Assembly: GCA_011364905.1 (NCBI GenBank)
Contig: RDNZ01000038.1
Coordinates: forward strand, 1 to 28,985
Direction: 5' to 3'
Source of the DNA: Candidatus Thorarchaeota archaeon
GTDB taxonomy: Archaea; Asgardarchaeota; Thorarchaeia; Thorarchaeales; Thorarchaeaceae
Length of the DNA: 28,985 bases
Position 1 is the stretch's first letter. Every line of letters begins with the position of its first letter. Position numbers and translations under genes: made by a program. Under the pieces are notes generated by a model. The model had not been told where the DNA came from and searched no databases. It was given only the letters and a program-made list of their open reading frames with translations. Shown here one piece after another: positions 1 through 7,615 of this stretch.

Positions 1-442
1 GGGCTACATCATACCAACCATAACACCGTAGATGTTTGTCAGTTGTAGCCACAACAACCTCTGATCTATCATCGCTTAGAACATTGAGAACAGTGACTGC
101 TGTCGGGAGTGATCCCAACGGGGTAGTAGCTTTGACACTAAACTCACTGTCCATGTAGACAAGTACCCGGAGAATATTATCCAATCCAGCAATAACAAAA
201 TCGGGCGTTCCATTGCCTATGACGTCACCAACTCCCAAGGCTGCCAATGGAGGTAATCCACTGACTCTCGCAATCTCATTTAATTCAGGGTCCGCCCCTT
301 TATCAACCTCATAGGCTATCACATCTCCTGAGATGGTAGATATCACAGGATTAATCTGCCCATCACAGTTAAGGTCTACAAGTTCGACAGACGTGATGAC
401 CTCTTTGAAGGAAGCCCTTGAGATTACTTCAAGCTCGGTCAT
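1..442 (-). CDS. FG-GAP/VCBS-repeat beta-propeller protein (ITFG2/BBS2-like), 3' end beyond window
   Basis: Not in the ORF track. Manual translation from ATG at 442 is open to the window edge: MTELEVISRASFKEVITSVELVDLNCDGQINPVISTISGDV...ALGVGDVIGNGTPDFVIAGLDNILRVL...VTVLNVLSDDRSEVVVATTDKHLRCY. Three DxxxDGxxE/D-type FG-GAP blades, no signal peptide. Confidence 0.8.
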   Translation of the reverse strand, partial: MTELEVISRASFKEVITSVELVDLNCDGQINPVISTISGDVIAYEVDKGADPELNEIARVSGLPPLAALGVGDVIGNGTPDFVIAGLDNILRVLVYMDSEFSVKATTPLGSLPTAVTVLNVLSDDRSEVVVATTDKHLRCYGWYDVA

Positions 443-583
443 AGGCGGCGCCCTTTAGATTAAAAAAGCCGGTGGCTTCATGGCAATTAAAACTTGTTCC
501 ATCAAGGTCATTCTCTGTTCTAGACAAACCCTGTCATTAGAACTGGTGAGCTTAAGACCATCTTTGTGGAACGTGATTGTATT

Positions 584-1129
584 ATGAGAGTTGGAACATC
601 CCCCCCGGAACTGGATGAAGACCTATGGACTGAAAGGTCAGAGGTTGTTGCTGAGAACCTTCAGCAATACATCGAGGAGTTCGGTACGTTCACTCCTGAA
701 AAGTTTACTCAAATCAAGTTTCATCTTCTTCGAGGTCTCGGGCTCACTAAGCAAAGTAGGGATGAACTATGTGAACTCTCAATTCATATTGGAACATGTC
801 CAAAATGCGAATTCTTATACGAGGCCAAAAAATGTCTGCTTTGGTACCGGTTATTCAAAGTAGTGCATTGGCGAACGGTTGAGAGAGCGCCTCCCTGTAT
901 ACGGTTGGCATTTGCCAAGAAGAGCATCAAGACGGTTACAACATACCTATCAAAAGCAAACCTGCTTACCCCACCCTTCTTTAGAGCCAGAGGATTCACA
1001 TCCTGCAATGTCATGCGACGATGGGGATATTGTCAACCCAATGAGTATTGTCGGGCAATGGAAACCGAGAATACATTGGAGTACAATGCTGCCCGAGAAC
1101 GCGTAAAAAGAACACGGAACTTAGACTAA
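584..1129 (+). CDS. Cys-rich protein with a primase large subunit C-terminal (PriL-CTD)-like Fe-S motif
   Basis: PPCI...TSCNVMRRWGYC.....C....NTLEY resembles the PriL-CTD pattern PPC...PSC..M...G.C...C...HPL.Y. Additional Cys cluster C-x8-CPKC-x8-C. ATG 584 preferred over GTG 566. Confidence 0.6.
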   Translation: MRVGTSPPELDEDLWTERSEVVAENLQQYIEEFGTFTPEKFTQIKFHLLRGLGLTKQSRDELCELSIHIGTCPKCEFLYEAKKCLLWYRLFKVVHWRTVERAPPCIRLAFAKKSIKTVTTYLSKANLLTPPFFRARGFTSCNVMRRWGYCQPNEYCRAMETENTLEYNAARERVKRTRNLD

Positions 1130-1147
1130 TCACCAGATTGTGATGGC

Positions 1148-1154
1148 TTATATA
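1148..1154 (+). promoter_or_regulatory. Putative TATA box of the HD-domain gene
   Basis: TTATATA about 35 nt upstream of ATG 1190, in a short intergenic gap. Confidence 0.45.
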
Positions 1155-1189
1155 CGGGCTCAGATTCACACCAATAGGGTCGCTTTGTC

Positions 1190-2698
1190 ATGTCTGACAC
1201 TCTTGATACCGATATGATTAGGCTCATTCGCCTAACAGGCTATCGTGAAACCGAAATAGAAGCTGCCAGAGAGCAGAATACAACAGATTGGGAACGCATC
1301 CAGCTCGCAGTAAAGGAACATAATCGCTTCATAAACATGGGCGAGAAGCACACTCGGCAGAAAGCAGTTCAAGATCCTGTTCATGGTGCGATACTCCTTG
1401 AGCCCTGGGAACTCGACATTATCTCAACGTGGGAGATGCTTCGTCTCAGGTACGTCCGGCAGCTGGGACCAGCTCATTTGGTCTATCCTGGTGCTACGCA
1501 TACCCGTTTCGAACACTGTATAGGTACGAACTTTCTAGCGCAGAAGTCTATTCGCGTTGTGAACTACTGTGATGACCTTGATACAGCGTGTTTCCTTCCA
1601 TTTTCACGTCTTCTTGATGACTATCATCAAAAGCTCTTCAGAGCTGCAGCGCTACTCCATGATGTTGGACATCCTCCTACCAGCCATACAATAGAGTACG
1701 CTTTACATGCGTGGGCTGGTCTTGACCATTTAGACCTTGGCGAGTACCTAATCCTGAATAGCGGTCTCACTGATGTCATAAAACAGAATGATATTGAGCC
1801 TATTCAGGTGGTTGACATCTTTCGAAGACGCTCAACGGACCCTATTATGAAACTTCTCTCGGAATTTCTTGATCACCCATTGGATATCGATAAGACTGAC
1901 TATCTCATTCGAGATGCGCACTTCAGCGGAGTGCAGCTTGGTATATTCCCTGCCGAGAGAGTGATGCTGACCAACCGTGTAGTTAGGAATCGCGAAGGTC
2001 AGTACATCCGGGCCTTCATGCTCAAAGCAATCCATTCACTTGAAGCACTGATTCTCAGCAGGAATTGGATGTTCAGTGACCTTTACCTTCATCATGCTGT
2101 CAGACTCGCTGAGGCTCTGATTTCCAAAGCGACATACTTCAGATTGAAGGAAGAAGGACTCTCAAAGAACGAGTGCATCGGGTTGTTCACGCGAATGACT
2201 GACGGAGACTTGTTCCGATGGCTAGAGGGTTCGGAGATTGGTTTTGTAAAAGAATATGCTGCTAGAATACGGTATCGAAAGCTGTTCAAAGTGGTTTTAT
2301 CCCGACCGCTGGCATCCTTTGAGAAAAGCACGTATGAACATTTTCAGGAGATGCTTCATAATATTCCCAAACTGGTTGAGGCTGAGGATGAGCTCTCAGA
2401 TGAACCGGGGTCTGTCGTTATTGACATCGTCATTCCGACACTGGGTGAAAAGACACTAGGGAAAATTCCGTTGCTTGTAGGTGGCGAGAATGGTTTTGAT
2501 ATAGTCAATCTCGACGAAACTCAAGAGGGACGACCATTGATGCATATTCTGACGCAACAAGCGAGGACTATTCCATCAGTTCGTGTATACGCTGACTCCA
2601 CAATTGCAGAAAAAGTGCATAGGCGGTTTGACAGAAGGTTTCCCGTTTCTGATGTTCCCACACATCGAGAGGAAGAGTATGACCTTACCGAGTATTAA
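1190..2698 (+). CDS. HD-domain phosphohydrolase, SAMHD1-like/YwfO-like dNTP triphosphohydrolase family
   Basis: Motifs DPVHG, RLRYVRQLG, YPGATHTRFEHCIG, AALLHDVGH, DIDKTDYLIRD, R..MFSDLYLHH, and RYRKLFK (HD-associated region). Confidence 0.92.
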   Translation: MSDTLDTDMIRLIRLTGYRETEIEAAREQNTTDWERIQLAVKEHNRFINMGEKHTRQKAVQDPVHGAILLEPWELDIISTWEMLRLRYVRQLGPAHLVYPGATHTRFEHCIGTNFLAQKSIRVVNYCDDLDTACFLPFSRLLDDYHQKLFRAAALLHDVGHPPTSHTIEYALHAWAGLDHLDLGEYLILNSGLTDVIKQNDIEPIQVVDIFRRRSTDPIMKLLSEFLDHPLDIDKTDYLIRDAHFSGVQLGIFPAERVMLTNRVVRNREGQYIRAFMLKAIHSLEALILSRNWMFSDLYLHHAVRLAEALISKATYFRLKEEGLSKNECIGLFTRMTDGDLFRWLEGSEIGFVKEYAARIRYRKLFKVVLSRPLASFEKSTYEHFQEMLHNIPKLVEAEDELSDEPGSVVIDIVIPTLGEKTLGKIPLLVGGENGFDIVNLDETQEGRPLMHILTQQARTIPSVRVYADSTIAEKVHRRFDRRFPVSDVPTHREEEYDLTEY

Positions 2699-3383
2699 TC
2701 AGATGTGTCACTAGTTTCAGCACTTTTCGATACTCATGTTCAATGTATATAATGCCGTATACAGCTTCTATGAGCGTACCTTTGTCATGGTTCTCCTCTA
2801 ACTTGCTTGGAGTATCCGGATCAAAATGGATTCGATACTCGTACAGTCCCCATTTGTCGCACAATTTGGCCATGTTCTCATTACTTACGATATCTGCTTT
2901 TCTTTGGGTGATTCTACCCGCATCTGCAGCACGAGGCTTCCACAGATGTTGCAGGACAGCTGATGAAACAACCGCATCGCCTATCAATGCCAGGACTTGC
3001 GCCATCTCGCTAAGGTTTATCATCTCGGCAAATTCCTCGGAATTGAGTGGGGCGTTTTCACTTGCGTGATATTGCGTTTCCAGTTCCAAAAACAGATTCT
3101 TTGTACTCGGTTGAAACATAGCCATTTGGAAGAGCTCAATATGTTCGAAGTGAGTTTCTAGAGTCTTTTCTAAATATGGTACTAGTACTTCTCTAATCCT
3201 CCTAAGACTCTCCTGTATTGAACGAAGTTCTAAAAGCCACTTATCGAATTTTGTTAACAGTCTCGTGTTGTTCTTAGCTGTTTCTCTTTGAGTTTCATGT
3301 ATTGCTCGGGTTATGATGTCAAGTTTATCCTCGATGTGTATTGGAACCCAAGATATAGTTGGAACTGAACCATCATCCTTCAT
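2685..3383 (-). CDS. Ribonuclease III-domain protein without dsRBD (Mini-III-like signature)
   Basis: VLALIGDAVV (RNase III signature), KADIVSNENMAKL, GTLIEAVYGIIYIE; protein ends right after the nuclease domain. ATG 3383 is preceded by SD-like GGAAGTGA and lies 13 nt after the upstream stop. Confidence 0.82.
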   Translation of the reverse strand: MKDDGSVPTISWVPIHIEDKLDIITRAIHETQRETAKNNTRLLTKFDKWLLELRSIQESLRRIREVLVPYLEKTLETHFEHIELFQMAMFQPSTKNLFLELETQYHASENAPLNSEEFAEMINLSEMAQVLALIGDAVVSSAVLQHLWKPRAADAGRITQRKADIVSNENMAKLCDKWGLYEYRIHFDPDTPSKLEENHDKGTLIEAVYGIIYIEHEYRKVLKLVTHLINTR

Positions 3384-3396
3384 AGTGTCACTTCCA

Positions 3397-4173
3397 TTAG
3401 TAATAACTGACTTCAGCATCTGAAGCATCATAGTGCGAAACTTGGAATGCTGTGGTGTTATACTCAGTTGCTAACTTTGCCATCGCCAGTGTGATAAGAG
3501 GCGGACCCAGTGTCAAGTCAAACACGATATTGTAGTCTGAGAGATGATTAAGAATCTCATTCTCCAGGAACTCGTATGTCTTCTGCAGATTACCATAATC
3601 ATGGTCTTTCTCTCCGCCCATCACCTGTTCCGGTACCTCTTTCCACTCAGTTGTCCACACACGGAACGCATCGTCCGGGATGAAACGATCCATGATTCGG
3701 GAAACCCCTCTTGACCAGTGCACCGCCTCAACAAAGACAAGGAGCTTTTTCGGGTTATAATAGGGATTATTCACAAGCCATTGTACGAAAGGGCGCTGGT
3801 CCTCAGGATTATTCAGCGAAGTAATATACATTAGTGGTTTTGAGATACCAAGTGCCTTGCGGACTGGATGTATTGCTCGTGGTTCCAGCTCGAAAAGGCG
3901 GTACTGAGATTGTTTCCAGCTTACTATGATTCCCAACTCTTCGAGTCTTTGTGTGTTATGATAGAGTTTCGGACTTGTAACCTTGACCTTTGCGATTTCC
4001 TTTCTGCTCGCACCTTCCGCCACCATTCGCGCCTTGATGTCTGTGGCAATCTTCTCCCTGAGTTCGGCGCCTGTCATCAGTCCACCTTCAAGCTGGTCGA
4101 GGATAATCCTTCTCGCTCGAACTGTCTGGATCTCTTCACGGACGACCTCCTCAACGGGTTTTCTGAGCATCAT
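3397..4173 (-). CDS. Transcriptional regulator: N-terminal winged HTH plus C-terminal CARF-like Rossmann domain (inverted Csa3-like)
   Basis: wHTH: RRIILDQL..G.MTGAELR...SPKLYHNTQRLEELGII. C-terminal LMYITSL...PKKLLVFV...NLQKTYEFL...NIVFDLTLGPPLITLAMAKLA matches the CARF secondary-structure pattern and the Csa3-type DLTxG motif. Confidence 0.7.
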   Translation of the reverse strand: MMLRKPVEEVVREEIQTVRARRIILDQLEGGLMTGAELREKIATDIKARMVAEGASRKEIAKVKVTSPKLYHNTQRLEELGIIVSWKQSQYRLFELEPRAIHPVRKALGISKPLMYITSLNNPEDQRPFVQWLVNNPYYNPKKLLVFVEAVHWSRGVSRIMDRFIPDDAFRVWTTEWKEVPEQVMGGEKDHDYGNLQKTYEFLENEILNHLSDYNIVFDLTLGPPLITLAMAKLATEYNTTAFQVSHYDASDAEVSYY

Positions 4174-4224
4174 GCAGCACCATACGCGGATATATTAGCT
4201 AGTAATTATGTGTAGGTTACTATT

Positions 4225-4332
4225 ATACTTATCGAAGATAAAGTCCAGAAAACGCCTTAGAATGCATCGAAATAGCGATGTTTTGTACATAAATTAGATA
4301 CTTTTCGATAATAATGGAACTTATCGGACGTA
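4225..4332 (+). promoter_or_regulatory. Three imperfect 16-bp direct repeats (candidate operator boxes) in the regulator/actin divergent intergenic region
   Basis: ATACTTATCGAAGATA (4225-4240), ATACTTTTCGATAATA (4298-4313), GAACTTATCGGACGTA (4317-4332). Confidence 0.5.
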
Positions 4333-4335
4333 CCC

Positions 4336-4342
4336 TTAAATA
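4336..4342 (+). promoter_or_regulatory. Putative TATA box of actin
   Basis: TTAAATA about 85 nt upstream of the actin ATG; SD-like GAGGA just upstream of the ATG. Confidence 0.45.
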
Positions 4343-4424
4343 GAATTGGCAAGAACGAAATGCTAGTACAGAGTCTCTTAGGCTCTAAGCTATTGAATAA
4401 ATCACAAACGAGGACCGATAAAAA

Positions 4425-5564
4425 ATGGCTGAAGACGAGTTTCTTGGCGCAAAACCAATTGTCATCGACAATGGTACTGGTTTGAGTAAGAACGGTTACG
4501 CCGGCGAAGATCAGCCACGCAGCGTCTGGCCCACACTGATTGGTTACCCACGGTACGAGTCAATCATGACTGACGTGGACCACTATACACGTGACTACTA
4601 TATTGGTGAAGAGGCTATCAACCTCCGTGGTGTTCTCCGACTGGTCTATCCGATCTCTCACGGAATCGTAGAAGACTGGGATGCTATCGAGAAGATATGG
4701 AGCTACACGTTCTATAACGACCTCAAGGTAGACCCAAGCGAGAACCCGGTGCTCCTCACAGAGGCACCATTCAACCCTAGAGAAAACAGAGAGCGCATGG
4801 CATCAGTCATGTTTGATAACTTTGGCGTGCCAGCAGTGTATGTTGCCACACAGGCAGTACTGTCACTGTACGCATCCGGTCGAACCACTGGTCTGGTCAT
4901 TGACTCAGGCGATGGTGTCACCCACATAGTACCTATCTATGAGGGCTTTTCAATCAATCACGCCATCAAGAGGATTGACCTGGCTGGTAGAGATATCACC
5001 GAGTATCTGCGCAGACTCCTCAGACAGAGGGGCTACTCATTCGTGAGCGGTGCAGAGAAAGAGATTGTCAGAGACATCAAGGAGAAACTATGTTACGTAG
5101 CCCTTGATCCCGAGAGGGAGAGAACCGTCGCTGACAAGGCCGGTGTTGACAAGCCCTACATGCTACCAGACGGTGAGGTAATCACCATTGGTGCAGAAAG
5201 GTTCCAGGCACCCGAGCTGTTCTTCAATCCAAGTGCCATTGGTCTAGATACAACACCACTCGACGATCACATTGTCGAGTCAATCAAAGCCTGTGACGTC
5301 GACTTGAGGCGTGACCTATACGCCAACGTCGTACTTTCAGGTGGCTCAACCATGTTCCCAGGGCTCAAGGAGAGACTCCACAAGGAGATCACCGAACTGG
5401 TCCCAGAGAACATCGAGGTCCGAATCATTGCTCCTCCAGAGAGGCAGTACTCTGTCTGGATTGGTGGCAGCATTCTCGGCTCACTGAAGACCTTCCAGAA
5501 GATGTGGGTTTCCAAGAAGGAGTTCGAGGAAGTCGGACCAGAAGTCATACACCGCTGTATCTAG
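4425..5564 (+). CDS. Actin (Asgard, eukaryote-like)
   Basis: 379 aa; [107 protein letters not shown]-terminal HRCI. Confidence 0.98.
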   Translation: MAEDEFLGAKPIVIDNGTGLSKNGYAGEDQPRSVWPTLIGYPRYESIMTDVDHYTRDYYIGEEAINLRGVLRLVYPISHGIVEDWDAIEKIWSYTFYNDLKVDPSENPVLLTEAPFNPRENRERMASVMFDNFGVPAVYVATQAVLSLYASGRTTGLVIDSGDGVTHIVPIYEGFSINHAIKRIDLAGRDITEYLRRLLRQRGYSFVSGAEKEIVRDIKEKLCYVALDPERERTVADKAGVDKPYMLPDGEVITIGAERFQAPELFFNPSAIGLDTTPLDDHIVESIKACDVDLRRDLYANVVLSGGSTMFPGLKERLHKEITELVPENIEVRIIAPPERQYSVWIGGSILGSLKTFQKMWVSKKEFEEVGPEVIHRCI

Positions 5565-5616
5565 TATACTCTAGTTTCCGAAGAGGGAGGAATCCCTCTT
5601 CGCTCTCTTGTTTTTC
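5541..5616 (+). repeat. 76-bp direct repeat, copy 1 (actin 3' end plus terminator)
   Basis: Identical base by base to 6195-6270. Confidence 0.97.
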
Positions 5617-5620
5617 TTAT
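5579..5620 (+). terminator. Hairpin plus pyrimidine/T tract downstream of actin
   Basis: Perfect 10-bp stem CGAAGAGGGA-GGAA-TCCCTCTTCG (5579-5602) followed by CTCTCTTGTTTTTC. Confidence 0.8.
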
Positions 5621-5690
5621 TTTACTCTCTCTTGATTCACTGAATAATTTATTATGTTCTCTTCTTTCACTACTCGCAGTGGCATGTAAT

Positions 5691-6146
5691 ATGTCAGAAG
5701 ATTGGGATGAATCAGTAACTAACCAAAACTCCGTGTCGAATCAAAATGAAGCAAGAATGAATAAACGGAGAGTCTTCGTAATTGATGCAAACATAATATT
5801 TGGAATGTGCTTTTTCATTCTGGGTCTTTGGCTAACCACTCAATACATTTACTATGTTCCTCTACCTCCTTTCAATATTCTAATGTTTTGGGGCAGCTAT
5901 AGAGCAAAATACAGTGAATTTCAAGAAATCATTAGTAAAGGTTCAACTCCAAAAACCAACACGGGTCTAGACATGATTGCATTAGTTGGAAATATGACTC
6001 TACTAATCTTGGTGATACTTGTCCTAGGATTCCCACCTTATGATTACTTGACAACCCTTGTTATTCCGCTGTTTATGATAACTATGGTCACATTTGAAAA
6101 TCTTGGTTCATCTTTTGCTTTCATTAGAATTACTGGACATACCTAG
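5691..6146 (+). CDS. Hypothetical small membrane protein
   Basis: Three to four hydrophobic segments; visibly AT-rich; TTTATTA box about 35-40 nt upstream of ATG 5691 (ORF track starts at GTG 5679). Confidence 0.7.
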   Translation: MSEDWDESVTNQNSVSNQNEARMNKRRVFVIDANIIFGMCFFILGLWLTTQYIYYVPLPPFNILMFWGSYRAKYSEFQEIISKGSTPKTNTGLDMIALVGNMTLLILVILVLGFPPYDYLTTLVIPLFMITMVTFENLGSSFAFIRITGHT

Positions 6147-6194
6147 TGATAAACTAAAATGAATCTTCCAAGAGCGCACGAAAAAGTAAGGCCC

Positions 6195-6270
6195 GAAGTC
6201 ATACACCGCTGTATCTAGTATACTCTAGTTTCCGAAGAGGGAGGAATCCCTCTTCGCTCTCTTGTTTTTC
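6195..6270 (+). repeat. 76-bp direct repeat, copy 2 (includes second terminator hairpin 6233-6256)
   Basis: Identical to 5541-5616; lies between two convergent membrane-protein genes. Confidence 0.97.
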
Positions 6271-6278
6271 GTTTTCTA

Positions 6279-6809
6279 TTAGTGCTTTTCATCCATCAAA
6301 TGTTCTTCTTCAACAGAATCATCCTTCAAAACTTCCTGTTTTCTCTCTGCTATCTTCATGCTAACAAGACCAAGCACGAATTGAAATGGCAAGGGGCCAA
6401 TAAACACACCCCCAGCTCCAAGCAGAATTTCAATTGGAATCATTATAAATCCTGCAAAAGCATATGGAATAAACAGGCTCAAGACACCTATTGCAATGAC
6501 CCAACGTTTGTTTCTTGGATCTATGCTGTAGATTGTAACCAGCAATGCATAGGCAATGAAGAAAAATAACAGAAGCCCAACAACCACCAAATACCCTGGT
6601 CCCGTACTCCATCCTGATGGTGTTGTGCCTCTTGATGGATCATAGGCACCAAATAGGAAGAGGTACAAGGGCTCAACACTCCAAATATCTCTACCATAAT
6701 GTGACTCATATGAAAATGACGATGGGAAGGTGACCAGTGGTGTCAATATTGTGACAATCCACATAGAAACAAGACTTAGTTTTAGTTGCCATCGACTTAA
6801 CGAAATCAT
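6279..6809 (-). CDS. Hypothetical membrane protein
   Basis: About four hydrophobic segments, GPLPFQFVLG near the C-terminus, acidic tail. ATG 6809 preferred over TTG 6821. Confidence 0.75.
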   Translation of the reverse strand: MISLSRWQLKLSLVSMWIVTILTPLVTFPSSFSYESHYGRDIWSVEPLYLFLFGAYDPSRGTTPSGWSTGPGYLVVVGLLLFFFIAYALLVTIYSIDPRNKRWVIAIGVLSLFIPYAFAGFIMIPIEILLGAGGVFIGPLPFQFVLGLVSMKIAERKQEVLKDDSVEEEHLMDEKH

Positions 6810-7075
6810 TCCCACGCCCAATGCTTACTTGTCACGAGTGGCTATAAGTATCACGACGAATTTACTCCTATCGGGTGTTGTTGGTGACTTGTTCCTGGCA
6901 ATTAAGAGCACATCTTCATGTTTGATGGTAGTTGATGAAATCTCTCATTCTACAATGCAAGTCAAAATTGAAATCAATAGAAGTTGGATTCAAAGGGGTA
7001 GACCACAGTGTCTGGAGTACTTGCATCTTTGAACTCGGGTTGCAAAAACACATTCGCATCACACTCTCTTGGAAC

Positions 7076-7615
7076 TCACTCTGTTTTCTGAGCTTTGTGA
7101 GCACTCCCCAACCTAAGGAGAAACGAAACCTGTCCTATGTGCATTGCTTCATGCTCTATCAAGTGAAAGAGAATCCATTCCACACTCACCTTTTCACCAT
7201 CAACTTCAATGATAGAATCAAGATCTTTGTCCTCAAAAGTCTTCAAAAAGGCGGATACCTCTTGCCGGACTTCCCTGAGTTTAGAAAGATAGAACTCTAT
7301 GTCCTTTCCCTCTATCTGGTCTATTCCTTCCCTAACAGAAAATCCGTATTTCCACTTCTCATATTCCATCTCCTGTCCACCAATATCCTCAAAGATCCAG
7401 CTGTATTCGATTGCAGCAATGTGAAGAAGTAGGGTGCCAATGGATTCAATCATCTTAGGTTCTGGCGTGTAATCGATTGTTCTATCTGAGAGTGTTTCTA
7501 CTCTTCGTATTAGATTCCCACGAACTCTCTCCATCATCGAATAGAACAACGCCACACGAGGAGCTAACTCATTGCTTCTATCCAAAGCAACAACTTGTTC
7601 TGACTCTTCGGACAT
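7076..7615 (-). CDS. DinB/DUF664 family protein (bacillithiol-transferase-like four-helix bundle, not DNA polymerase IV)
   Basis: SIGTLLLHIAAIE and WILFHLIEHEAMHIGQ carry the metal-binding His triad. Confidence 0.88.
   Translation of the reverse strand: MSEESEQVVALDRSNELAPRVALFYSMMERVRGNLIRRVETLSDRTIDYTPEPKMIESIGTLLLHIAAIEYSWIFEDIGGQEMEYEKWKYGFSVREGIDQIEGKDIEFYLSKLREVRQEVSAFLKTFEDKDLDSIIEVDGEKVSVEWILFHLIEHEAMHIGQVSFLLRLGSAHKAQKTE

Noticed and set aside
566-1129. Bona fide PriL
   Set aside because: Too short and lacks the N-terminal PriS-binding domain; no PriS nearby.
3397-4173. CARF gene as evidence of a CRISPR-Cas locus
   Set aside because: No cas genes or repeat-spacer array in the window.
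5541-6270. Repeat pair as a CRISPR array or IS ends
   Set aside because: Only two direct copies of 76 bp with a 578-bp interior, derived from actin; no cas or transposase gene.
6730-7432. Plus-strand ORFs 6730-7032 and 6932-7432
   Set aside because: They overlap better-supported minus-strand genes and have no recognisable motifs.
7076-7615. dinB DNA polymerase IV
   Set aside because: Name clash only; this is the small His-triad DinB/YfiT fold.
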